From Planctomycetota bacterium (GTDB lineage Bacteria; Planctomycetota; GCA-002687715; DRQF01): a stretch of DNA of 53,564 bases. A program made the position numbers and the translations under genes. Where the stretch lies: contig JALTLO010000105.1 in the NCBI GenBank assembly GCA_027001995.1, forward strand, positions 1-53,564, in the 5' to 3' direction. Every line of letters begins with the position of its first letter. Positions within the stretch are counted from its first letter, which is position 1. A model generated the notes under the pieces. That model did not search any database, was not told where the DNA came from, and was given only the letters and a program-made list of their open reading frames with translations. Positions 1 to 9,598 of this stretch are shown piece after piece.

Positions 1-1
1 T

Positions 2-143
2 GTGCTGGCATTTTCCTTATTTATTTGCACCGCTATGATTTATGCCTGCATTAAGTTTTTGCAAGAATGGGCATCGCCACTAACGGTTATTAATTATTTT
101 TTACTGGGTAGTGCATCTGGGTTTTCATTGGCGACTGTTTTTT
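2..143 (+). other. Fragment resembling a DmsC/SoeC-type molybdoenzyme membrane anchor; probably foreign sequence at a chimeric junction
   Basis: Translation CTAMIYACIKFLQEWASPLTVINYFLLGSASGF resembles the TAMIYA...W...LT..NY.LLG segment of DmsC/SoeC anchors; first 120 nt are 38% GC (46/120 counted), visibly lower than the rest of the window. Confidence 0.6.
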
Positions 144-2169
144 CATCGTCAACCACGAGTACTGTACCTTCTCCACGCCAAGGCGAATTGTCGTGGGTAG
201 ATTTGACGCCTTGGCGTGCTGGGGAGGCTGCTGTCTTGGCAACAGGGAAGTAGATACGGAATGTAGTGCCGACGCCACAGGTACTCTCGACTTCAATCGC
301 ACCCTTATGTCCTCGGATGATGCCCAAGACCGCGGACATCCCCAACCCCCTACCGGTGAACTTTGTGGTGAAGAATGGGTCGAAAATCTTGTCCATTGTG
401 GGCCGATCCATGCCACATCCTGTATCTTGCACTTCAATGAAGACGTAGGTCTTCTCTGGCATCTTTCTTTCGGCTAAGAGCCAGAGTGTGTTGCTCTTGG
501 TTTCGAAGAATTGTCGATCGCAAAAACTTTGTCCGGTCGACAGGGTTACATCTCCAAGGTCGTTTCCAATGGACTCTGCGGCATTGGTGATGAGATTCAT
601 CACGACTTGGCGGACCTGGGTTGCGTCGCCTTCGAACGTGGGAATCTGAGGGTTTAGATTGAATTTGAGGGTGACGTTTCTTGAGATGGTAATCTCTAAG
701 ATGTTTCCCATCTCCTCCAAGAGTCGGCTGGCGTCAATGGTCTCCAAGACGAATCGACCTCTGCCTGAGTAGGCCAACATTTGTTTGGCAAGGTCTGCGG
801 CGCGCATGGACGCTCGGCCAATTTCCTTGACCATAGGGTAAGAGGGGGCATCGGGTTTTAGCTCCTCCAAGACTAGGTCAGCATTGCCAAGTATCGCCAT
901 GAGCAAATTGTTGAAGTCATGGGCAATCCCCCCAGCCAAGACGCCCAGACTCTCCAGCTTCTGGGCATGTTGAAGCTGCCTCTCTAAAGATTCCTTCTCG
1001 GCTGCAGCATCGATGCGCTTGGTGATGTCGACGACGTAGCCCAAGAAATGAGTGGCATTGCCGTTCTCATCCCAAAGGATCGTGGTAAAGTCATCGATCC
1101 AAATTGTTTGCCCATCTTTGCGGAGAATGCGGTAGGGCTGATGCGAGAAACTGCTGCCTTTCGCCTGAATGCCATGGGCTACTTCGATGCTTACCCTTTC
1201 TTGGTCTCCAGCATGAATGAGAGAGGAATAATGTATTTCACCGGAAAGAAGTTCTGCTGGGGTATATCCGAACACATCCTCCACATTGGGCGATACATAA
1301 GTAACTGGCCAACTCTCAGCATTCCTCCAATTGAAGACGACTACGGGGCCGCCAATGAACATATTGCGTTCATGCTCCAAGGTGAGATTGGCTTGCCGGA
1401 GATCTTCCATCGCCTTTTTTCTTGCGGTGTGGTTGATCATATTGCCTTCCAGAAAGCGGGGCTCGCCATTGTCTCCATTCACCACATAGGCGCTCAAGAG
1501 GACATCGACTGGCATCCCGTCGCCCCGAATGAGGGTCGTTTCGAAAGAAGAGACTGGGGCCTCAAGAGCCATGGAGGTGAGCTTTTGTCTGTCCTCAGGA
1601 TTCTGGTAAGTCTCACGAACGCCGACTTGGTTGAGTGCTTCCAAGGATTCGTAGCCGATGATCTTCAAGAGGGCTGGGTTGGCTAAAATGAGCTTGCCCG
1701 CGAGATTGGTGCGAAAACTACCAATCATAGACAACTCGAACATGCGGTTAATTTCATTTGCACGCATGATCAGCCGGTCCATGTTGTCGTTGTAGCTCCG
1801 CTTTGTCCGACTAAGGGCGTCTTGAAGCCTCGTTAACTCAATGCTCATGTTCTTGCTGTGGTCTAAAGCGATCTGGCGATCACTCATGAGTTCCATTGTA
1901 GCTTGAGCTAATGAGGAAGCCTCCGGCATCAAATGGCCAGGTAATTGAAGATGAACGAGTTGCTCGCTGATAAACTCCTGGCTGAACTTCCTGCCTTGAG
2001 TTAACACGATGCCTTGCACGCGACTGATGAATTCGGGAAGAAGGGTGTATGCCTGTTCCAAATCGTCACAATGAAGGGTGATGACTCCAGTGAGTAGCAT
2101 GCGTTTCGTCGGCCGGGTTGGGTCAAAACCGGGAGGCGTCTTGCGACCAATGCTGAAGAACTGAGTCAT
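94..2169 (-). CDS. PAS-domain hybrid sensor histidine kinase, receiver domain truncated
   Basis: Two PAS/PAC domains, H-box LAGGIAHDFNNLL, N-box QVVMNLITNA, G1/F/G2 boxes DTGCGM...FDPFFTTKFTGRGLG, receiver start VLVVDDEKTV followed by 12 unrelated residues and a stop. Confidence 0.92.
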   Translation of the reverse strand: MTQFFSIGRKTPPGFDPTRPTKRMLLTGVITLHCDDLEQAYTLLPEFISRVQGIVLTQGRKFSQEFISEQLVHLQLPGHLMPEASSLAQATMELMSDRQIALDHSKNMSIELTRLQDALSRTKRSYNDNMDRLIMRANEINRMFELSMIGSFRTNLAGKLILANPALLKIIGYESLEALNQVGVRETYQNPEDRQKLTSMALEAPVSSFETTLIRGDGMPVDVLLSAYVVNGDNGEPRFLEGNMINHTARKKAMEDLRQANLTLEHERNMFIGGPVVVFNWRNAESWPVTYVSPNVEDVFGYTPAELLSGEIHYSSLIHAGDQERVSIEVAHGIQAKGSSFSHQPYRILRKDGQTIWIDDFTTILWDENGNATHFLGYVVDITKRIDAAAEKESLERQLQHAQKLESLGVLAGGIAHDFNNLLMAILGNADLVLEELKPDAPSYPMVKEIGRASMRAADLAKQMLAYSGRGRFVLETIDASRLLEEMGNILEITISRNVTLKFNLNPQIPTFEGDATQVRQVVMNLITNAAESIGNDLGDVTLSTGQSFCDRQFFETKSNTLWLLAERKMPEKTYVFIEVQDTGCGMDRPTMDKIFDPFFTTKFTGRGLGMSAVLGIIRGHKGAIEVESTCGVGTTFRIYFPVAKTAASPARQGVKSTHDNSPWRGEGTVLVVDDEKTVANENPDALPSKK

Positions 2170-3320
2170 GCCGATTCTCCCGAAAGAAGTAGGACAACCG
2201 ACGTCATGTTGTGGAAGAGGGTCTTGCTGGGAGAGACCTTGGAAGGTGCGAATTCTCCGAAAGAAGGAAAGCCGGCCATGGCCTCTAAACTCGGGCAGTG
2301 TTCCAGGATGAGCTTGAATTCTTGCGAAATGGCGTCACCGAGGACCAGCTGCCGCCCAGAGCAACTGGTGACAATAGCGGCAGTTGGTTTGAAAGGAAGA
2401 GAAGAAATGTCTTTGCAGGTCTCCGCCATGTTCTGAAGGAGCGTCTCGGGGGGCGAGAAACAAAGTTGAATCATGTCTCCTTCTCGGGCCTTTGCGAAGA
2501 GTCGCACTGATGTTTCATCGAACTTGTCTTCCGGAAGAAGAACCGAGCGAATTGTGCTATCTCCTGAGTTATCTGTGAGCAGGAGATTAAGAACACCTTT
2601 GTCGATGGATTCGACTGGCTTACCGATTTCTCGCTCAACGAACTCCATAGCATCAAGACCATCGATCTTCTTGAGCAAAGTGCCCTCACAAGCAGTAATG
2701 CGGGCTGGCCGTCCGACGAATAGCATGTCTTTGGCAACGCGAATGTCGAAGTTGATAGCGCCGACTGCGGCGACCATGACGATAGTGTCCTCGAATACCC
2801 GGCGGTTGACATAGACAAAAGACCTCAGCAACTGGTTGTCATCTCCGGCGGATCCTCCGACGACGGGAAAAGTGAGAGCTTCTTCAAGAGCTTCGGCGAT
2901 CAAGCAGGTGTCGGTTCGAAAATCTGTGGTGAAAAAAGCAAATTTTGGCGTTGCGCCACCGCACTGGGCCATGATTCTTTTGACGCAAAGCTGAGTTGAT
3001 TCGTAGGGATGTTCACCAATGTTGTGCTGGTGATGGATGACCCACTGGCATTGTCCTTCACTGTTGATGCCAATGGCCGTCGACCTGGCTTGAGAGCAAA
3101 GTTCACGCTCAAAGCATCCGTCGCTCGTGCAACCGATCAAGATGAGGTCGTCGTTGCCTAACACTTCATAGATCGCCTCAGAAAGTTCGTCTGAGCCGTC
3201 GAAGTGAATCGATGAGAAGAGAAAAACGATCTCAGGGTTGATGGCCGCCAAGGATTCGCCAATCTCAAGTCCGGCTCGATAAGGATCTGGGTTCATCGAA
3301 AAACAGGACTTGGATTTCAT
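2166..3320 (-). CDS. FIST N/C domain sensor protein (NosP-like)
   Basis: LIGCTSDG, VVGGSAGDD, SCSGR, GFPSFGEF, FHNMT motifs typical of FIST domains; ATGA overlap with the kinase. Confidence 0.9.
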   Translation of the reverse strand: MKSKSCFSMNPDPYRAGLEIGESLAAINPEIVFLFSSIHFDGSDELSEAIYEVLGNDDLILIGCTSDGCFERELCSQARSTAIGINSEGQCQWVIHHQHNIGEHPYESTQLCVKRIMAQCGGATPKFAFFTTDFRTDTCLIAEALEEALTFPVVGGSAGDDNQLLRSFVYVNRRVFEDTIVMVAAVGAINFDIRVAKDMLFVGRPARITACEGTLLKKIDGLDAMEFVEREIGKPVESIDKGVLNLLLTDNSGDSTIRSVLLPEDKFDETSVRLFAKAREGDMIQLCFSPPETLLQNMAETCKDISSLPFKPTAAIVTSCSGRQLVLGDAISQEFKLILEHCPSLEAMAGFPSFGEFAPSKVSPSKTLFHNMTSVVLLLSGESA

Positions 3321-3367
3321 GCTAGTGCTCTCGCTTCACAGCGGTGTATGCCCGCCGTCGATTTGTT

Positions 3368-4453
3368 CTATTTCTTTGACGCCTCTTGCCGCTTGTATAG
3401 CCAGACCCAGCCATGGGAACTTTGGCTGCCGTCTGACATCGTTCGCTTGCCGTAGTCGCCGACAAGGAGGTCTAAGTCTCCGTCGTGGTCGAAATCAACC
3501 ACATGAACCTGTGTTCTGGTTCCCGGGTGTTTCTCGCCGAGTTTCTTGCCATTTGGCTGATTGATGATTGTTTGGGCGGTCGTGAAAGTGGGGGCTTTTA
3601 CAGTCCCGATATTGCGGAACCAAACAACGCCGCCATCGCCACTTCCACTGATGAGATCAAATTTCCCATCGCCATCCCAATCGGCTACCTCGGGAATCCC
3701 GTGGGCACCTTTGATGATCAAGGGAGTTTTTCCGGTCATGACAGAAGTGGACGCATCGTTGAATCGCGGATTCGATTTACTTCCGACGTTCTCACAGAGG
3801 TGCATGCTGCCGTCGTAACCTCCGAGTAGGAGGTCCAGGTCTCCATCTTGGTCCCAATCAACGGCGGTGACGCTTATGCCAATGATTGATCGAAACGGCC
3901 CCTGGTTGTTGTTCCATCGTTTAAGGGAGTAGTCCCAATATTGGCCCAACATGAGGCGTTTGCCAGATTTGTTGAGGAGTGGTTTGGCTGGGGAAAAGCT
4001 TCCGTCTTCTTGACCCTGAAGGAGATAGATCACTCCTTCGAAACATCCAGTGAAGAGATCTTTGATGCCATCGCCGTTGAGATCCGCAAACTGCGGATTG
4101 AGACCAATACATCACCAATTATTGAGTTTGATGACCTTGCCCTTGGCTTTGAGTAAGCCAGCACCTTTGTACTCAGGCTCTTTATTACTTTTGATGTTCA
4201 AGTAGACCTGAAAATGGCCTTTGTAGTTGCCGACGACTAAGTCGTCCAAACCGTCGTGATTGATGTCGTAGATCGCCGGCCCACTGTGGGAGCGGAACGC
4301 TGCTGAGTCGATCAGCTTGCCATCTGCCTTCAGCCTTATGGGCTTCGCCAAAATTACTTTGGCCGTAGTGAGCGACGAAGAGGATTTTTGGGCGTTTAGG
4401 TGGCCGCTCATAGCAGCAAGGAAGAGGAGTCCCACATGCAAAATCAATCTCAT
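3368..4453 (-). CDS. Secreted FG-GAP/VCBS-repeat protein, predicted selenoprotein (361 aa, Sec at codon 114, W-U-C motif)
   Basis: ORFs 4112-4453 and 3368-4033 share a frame; reading through TGA at 4114-4112 gives KLNNW-U-CIGLNPQFADLNGDGIKDLFTGCFEGVIYLL, which adds a complete FG-GAP repeat. Signal peptide; repeats DINHDGLDDL, DWDQDGDLDL, DWDGDGKFDL, DFDHDGDLDL; hairpin after the TGA. Confidence 0.8.
4064..4114 (-). promoter_or_regulatory. Predicted bacterial SECIS element of the FG-GAP gene
   Basis: Upper stem ATCCGCA-GTT-TGCGGAT (4098-4082), loop G 21 nt after the TGA; possible lower stem TGATGT-ATTG pairing with CGAT-G-GCATCA. Confidence 0.7.
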
Positions 4454-4651
4454 AGCTTTTCCTCATGGGAGTCTGAGGTGACTACCATGCTACTCTTGGC
4501 CTTGTGGCCCCATGTAATCCCATATTTCTATCCCTTCCACGGACGCCATGGTTCTCACGCGGTGAGTGATACGACGCACCTGAGAATCGCGATCGATCGA
4601 TTCGGGAGCGGATCAGCTTACCAGAATTGGTCTTGGGAAGGGCAGGATTTG

Positions 4652-5467
4652 TCATCTTCCATGATTCTCGAAATCGTATGACATTCCCGGACGAAGCACA
4701 TGGAGCATGATGTTCCTTGCTCCGTGGGGCTTCTGGCTTTCTGGGGTCATGGACAGGGAGTTGCGGGCATCAATGACGAGTACTGTACTTTCTCCCATAA
4801 CCTCAAAACTCTCGTTTTGGAAGATAACTGCTGTTTTTTCGTCGATGGCAATACCGACTCGTTTGGGGTGATCAAGAACGGCGGAGAGGAGACGGTTGAA
4901 ACGTCGCCTCTTAATGGCGTGCTGGTCGATGATGGCGCCTGTGATGAGGCCTAACCCGGGGGCCAATTTGGTTCTTTCCGGGAGAATCGCCCTAAGCTCA
5001 GCCTCACCGGTGATCATAAGTTGTGATTGGACGGCGGCCCCGGCACTGGTTCCGCCGAATACGACGCCCTGGGTGTGCATTGCCAACAAAGTTGCTCCCA
5101 ATCCCGCATTTCTGATGCTTTCCATCAGTTGGTTTTGGCTGCCGCCGGGCATCCAGATCAGCGTTGCAGTCTGGATCTTGTTCTTAGCTTCTGGGGAGTT
5201 TAGATCACGGACAATAAAGGCGGTTTGGGCACCTTCAGCTAAGAACATCTCCCTTGATTCTTGCCCCCTGCTCTTACGATTGCTGGCCTGCGGTAAGACA
5301 GCGACGATGGCTTTGCGGCCACCGGCGAGTTCGATTGCTTTTCTGACCACGGAGGTAGGTGTGCCGCCTCCTCCGACGATGACCAAGGGGCCGTGAGTGG
5401 AAGAACTTTGGGGAGAGGTGGCACAACCACAAAAAGACAGGACCACCAAAACGAGGAGTTGACGCAT
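4652..5467 (-). CDS. Cyanophycinase-like serine peptidase (S51), probable lipoprotein
   Basis: LVIVGGG, IWMPGGSQ, GGTSAGA nucleophile motif, IIDQH...RRFNRL, GIAIDEKTA; N-terminal MRQLLVLVVLSFCGC lipobox-like. Start placed at ATG 5467. Confidence 0.88.
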   Translation of the reverse strand: MRQLLVLVVLSFCGCATSPQSSSTHGPLVIVGGGGTPTSVVRKAIELAGGRKAIVAVLPQASNRKSRGQESREMFLAEGAQTAFIVRDLNSPEAKNKIQTATLIWMPGGSQNQLMESIRNAGLGATLLAMHTQGVVFGGTSAGAAVQSQLMITGEAELRAILPERTKLAPGLGLITGAIIDQHAIKRRRFNRLLSAVLDHPKRVGIAIDEKTAVIFQNESFEVMGESTVLVIDARNSLSMTPESQKPHGARNIMLHVLRPGMSYDFENHGR

Positions 5468-5548
5468 GAATGAGTCCAAACAGGGGTGAAAGATCTCTCG
5501 ACAGTTCATTCACCGATGATTGGACGTCATTGCATTCTTTCTGTCAAG

Positions 5549-7378
5549 TTAAGATGGCTTGCGGAATTTCTTCTTTCCACCGCTGCTCTTGGCTTTCCCT
5601 TTGAAGCCCCCCGATTTCTTAGGGCCCTTGTGCTTGTTGCCCCCGTCGCGGTTGAACTTGCCCTTGAAGCCGTCTCTGGCTCCTCCTGGAGTTGCCCCGG
5701 CTCTGGAGAGTTTGAGTTGGCGGTTCCTGATGCGAGTGTGGATTAAGAGGCGGAAAATGTTCGCCGGCATTCCCGCGGGCAAGTCAACGAAGCTGTGGTC
5801 ATGTTGAATGTCGATGCGCCCGATGTCGTCTGCGTTGATTCCCGCCTCATTGGCGATTGCGCCGACAATATTTCCTGGTTTGACACCATGAACAGCGCCA
5901 ATCTCAATGCGGAACTTTTCGAACCCGCCACCGGGGCCGCCGTGGTCCCGAGCATGACCTGCGTCTCGGTCACGACCGGGGCGTTTGTCCTTTCGCTTTT
6001 GGCGGTCGCCACGATCTCGCTTTTGGAAGTCGCCGGCAAAGCCTTCGCGTTCGCTTTTGGATTCCTCCAGGAGGAGGGCCCGGTCTCCGCGGCTCATGCG
6101 GGCCAGAGCTGCTGCTAAGTCCCGAGCTTCCACGTCGTTTTCACTGAGGAACTCGTCTACCAGGCCAGCGTAGAAGCCCAGATCGCCCTGATTCAAAACT
6201 TCGTTGATACGGTCTTTGAAGAGGCTCACACGTCTGACATTAACTTCGGCCACCGTTGGCAAGCGCATGGATTGAATGCGGCTGCCAATGGCTCGTTCAA
6301 TAGTCCGAAGCATTCTTCGTTCACGGTGGGAAACGAAAATGATGGCTTCGCCTTTGCGGCCAGCCCGGCCCGTTCGGCCAATACGATGAATGTAGGCTTC
6401 GGTGTCGTAAGGGATGTCAAAATTGATGACGTGACTGATACGATCAACATCCAAACCACGGGCCGCAACATCCGTTGCCACCAAGATGTCGAGTTTACCC
6501 GATTTAAGACGTTGGACTGTTCTTTCCCGCTGAGCTTGAGCCAAGTCACCATTCAGGGCCGCTGCCGCGAATCCCCGAGCTTCGAGTTTCTCCGCCAGGG
6601 CTGTTGTTGTGATCTTCGTTCGTACGAAGACCAACATGGCATCGAAAGGCTCGGCTTCTAAGATGCGGGTGAGGGCATCCAATTTGTGCATGCCCGCCAC
6701 CAACCAGGAACGCTGATTGATGGTATCAGCGGTGGCCGTCTTGACCTTGATGGAAATATGCTCTGGGTTACGCAGATGCTTGGCTGCGATCTTGCGAATA
6801 ACGTCAGGCATGGTGGCAGAAAACAAGGCTGTTTGGCGGGAGTCGGGTGTTCGCTCCAAGATCCATTTAACATCGTCAATGAAACCCATCCGCAGCATTT
6901 CGTCAGCCTCATCCAAGACCATGCCGGTCAGTTGGTCGAGCTTGAGGGTTCCACGGCGGATGTGATCCATGACACGACCGGGCGTTCCCACCACGACGTG
7001 AACTCCGCGCTTGAGAGCTCGGAGCTGAGTTTCAATTGATTGGCCGCCGTAAATAGGGAGCACATGGAAACCTGCCATCCTACCCGCATACTTTTGCATG
7101 GCTTCAGCCACTTGAATGGCGAGCTCGCGGGTTGGCGCCAAGACCAACATCTGGGTTGCTCGATTTTTGACATTGATCTTGGAAAGAAATGGCAGGGCGA
7201 AGGCAGCGGTCTTGCCGGTGCCAGTTTGGGCTTGCCCGACAATGTCTCGTCCTTCGAGCAAAAGGGGAATGGTAGCAGCTTGGATTGGAGAGGGCGTTTC
7301 GTAGCCAACTTTCTCAATCGCCTCTAAGATCTTTGGGTTTAGGTCGAAGTCACTAAACCCTACAGTTTCACTGGTCAT
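5549..7378 (-). CDS. deaD: ATP-dependent DEAD-box RNA helicase DeaD/CsdA
   Basis: Q motif, AQTGTGKT, PTRELA, DEAD, SAT, HRIGRTGRAG, DbpA-type RNA-binding domain (GVKPGNIVGAIANE), basic tail. Confidence 0.95.
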   Translation of the reverse strand: MTSETVGFSDFDLNPKILEAIEKVGYETPSPIQAATIPLLLEGRDIVGQAQTGTGKTAAFALPFLSKINVKNRATQMLVLAPTRELAIQVAEAMQKYAGRMAGFHVLPIYGGQSIETQLRALKRGVHVVVGTPGRVMDHIRRGTLKLDQLTGMVLDEADEMLRMGFIDDVKWILERTPDSRQTALFSATMPDVIRKIAAKHLRNPEHISIKVKTATADTINQRSWLVAGMHKLDALTRILEAEPFDAMLVFVRTKITTTALAEKLEARGFAAAALNGDLAQAQRERTVQRLKSGKLDILVATDVAARGLDVDRISHVINFDIPYDTEAYIHRIGRTGRAGRKGEAIIFVSHRERRMLRTIERAIGSRIQSMRLPTVAEVNVRRVSLFKDRINEVLNQGDLGFYAGLVDEFLSENDVEARDLAAALARMSRGDRALLLEESKSEREGFAGDFQKRDRGDRQKRKDKRPGRDRDAGHARDHGGPGGGFEKFRIEIGAVHGVKPGNIVGAIANEAGINADDIGRIDIQHDHSFVDLPAGMPANIFRLLIHTRIRNRQLKLSRAGATPGGARDGFKGKFNRDGGNKHKGPKKSGGFKGKAKSSGGKKKFRKPS

Positions 7379-7596
7379 CTCGGTCTTCCTTTGGGAATGC
7401 CCTGTATGCCTGGGCCAGGCCGCGGTCTTGAATCGTCAATATGGGATGGCGACCGACAGGCGAAGAGCGAGCAGGACGCCCACAAGTTTAAGAAAAGGCC
7501 GGAATTAGGCCAAGAGCAGCAATTTTGCGTTTGTCAAGATGAAATTTGGTTGGGGTATGAGGCCATAGAGGCCACTTTGAGCTGGGGATTCGGTCG

Positions 7597-9495
7597 CTAA
7601 TCGAAGTGGTTGACAGTAATTGCGCCTAAGTCTGTGATTCCAGCCTCGGCTCTAAAGACCAGTCGGCGGTCTGGTTTTTGGGGATTACGGGATTTCCCCC
7701 AAATATAAAGGACATAGAGATTTCCGGTTCTGAGCCCAGCGAGAGAAGTGAATAGATACCCATCGGAATCGGCACGACCTTTTCGGCGGCTATTGTACTA
7801 GGCTCCGTACTTGGCAAAACGCCCTCGGATTTTAGCTCCACGCAAGAACGAAGGAGGTCTTAGGGAATAGCCTTCCAGATAATCAGGATGGTGCCCTGTT
7901 CTTGACTTCACCGAATTGAATTGAATTTCTGGCTGAAAACCCTCGAGAGCATCCTTGTTATCAACCAATTGCCGACGGAGTGCTTGGGATAAGGAATCCT
8001 CGGCGAGAGGTATGATGGACACTTCCCCCCATGGCAGAGGTTTTTTCTCATCCCCGATGAGGCGCAGAGCCAGGGTCTTGCTTGGCAAGTTTATTTCAAT
8101 CTTGCCCTCACTCGCATCTTTGCGGTCTTGTTCGGTGAAGTGCTGCTCCATGTAGAAACCTTGGGAATTGGCTGTCTGTGTGGCTCCCACCAGAGCGATG
8201 CTTGCGGTATTGAACTTGGCGAGGCGACTGAGTGAGAGGCTGGGGATTGTGACTGTCTTGACTTGCTTTTCTTGTTCTTGACGGGGGGCTGTGAACCATT
8301 GGCCCCACGATTCTTTCTTCGGCCCCCAGCGGGCCTTGATCTTAAGGATGAACTCGTTGAATGTGGGGGAGATGCCGTTGACCACTAAGTCGAAAGTTGG
8401 ACTGAGTCCTTGGTGGAATTGTCGGCGAGATTGACTTCTTGCACGGAGGGGCCAGGGATCATGGATCGCACTTTGGTTTCCGATGTCGTCGGCGTTTTGA
8501 ACTTCCATTCTCTGCAAGTTTCTTTTCAAAGATTGGGACAGTGATAAGCGGAAGATCTTCTTGACTTTGACATTGTCGGCGAACGTTGAAGAGACCACAT
8601 AGGGGCGCTGGTTGTAATTTTTGCTGCTGAAACCCAAATCAATGGTGTTTGTCGCTCCAATATAAACGGGCATGTACCATTGGCCCCTATCGAGGAGAAA
8701 TGCCCCCGGACGAAGTCCTCTGTCCTTGTAGTTCGCCCTAAAACTTCCCCCTCGATGTTGACCGAACAATCCCGGGGCGTCCTTTAGAATACGTTTGGGC
8801 TTTTTACTTCGATTTCTTTTCTTGAGAGGGGGGCTGGCGCTCTTGATGAGAGGGCGAAATCCGAGCCTCGCTATGGGACGATCTTGGTCGTCGACGAATT
8901 TGAGGGTGATGATCTCGCGCCAGATATCCAATTGCACCGTCTCTTGGTAATGCTGGCCACGGGCTAGAGTGAAAGCGATTCTCTTGGCCCCATAAGGGCT
9001 ACAGTCTAAGTCTAATTCGTAATCCCCCGGTTCTAAGCCTCCCAATGATCCGCCCTGAACCACCATGACTGACCGGACATTGTCGAAGTGGCAAGCTTTG
9101 TCGAAGGCAATCCACTTGTCCTGAGAGCGACGATAGAGAGTTCCGGTGGGGGGAGTCGAGGAGCAAAGTCGCGCACCTCGTCCATCAATGAGATAGATGC
9201 TTGCGTTGGCATCGCCCCGCTGCAAAAGATGGCCATAGTCTGGCGCATAAAGCTCTTCGGAGTCTGGGATTTCTTCTATTTCGAGTGGCAAAGGGAGGGG
9301 GGAATCTTGGCCCTCCCTGGGGATACGCTGTGGTATGTGGCTTCCTGAGCCGTTCTTGTCCTTCTCTACTTGAGTGACCTTTTCGATCTCGGCCTCGACT
9401 TCCTCATGCTGAAAATAGGCCACCCACACCAGAGCAAGCACAACGCCTAAGACCACAATGGTGAGCCCGAAGCGATTCTCGGAAGTTTCTATCAT
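7597..9495 (-). pseudogene. Membrane-anchored hypothetical protein with carboxypeptidase-regulatory-like segments, interrupted by in-frame TAG at 7800-7798
   Basis: N-terminal TM helix; GLEPGDYEL segment; after the TAG the same frame runs 66 more codons (GRADSDGYLFTSLAGLRTGNLYVLYIWG...DLGAITVNHFD) to TAG at 7599-7597. Confidence 0.55.
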
Positions 9496-9598
9496 GAAAT
9501 CTCCTTAGCCTACTTCGGTGACGGATGCGCTTTCTGGAGGTTCAGGTTTTTTCAGATTTTTTTTGATGTGGGGATTGCCAAGTCCCCACCCAAGGGGG

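Noticed and set aside
3368..4033. Treating 3368-4033, 26842-27132 and 28264-28560 as independent genes
   Set aside because: Each begins mid-domain and is in frame with the upstream ORF across a single TGA.
7798..7800. Pyrrolysine codon
   Set aside because: Single case, protein is not a methylamine methyltransferase, no pyl genes in the window.
7626..7841. 71-aa ORF as a frameshifted continuation of the 9495 gene
   Set aside because: The same-frame continuation past the TAG looks more domain-like; no slippery site seen.
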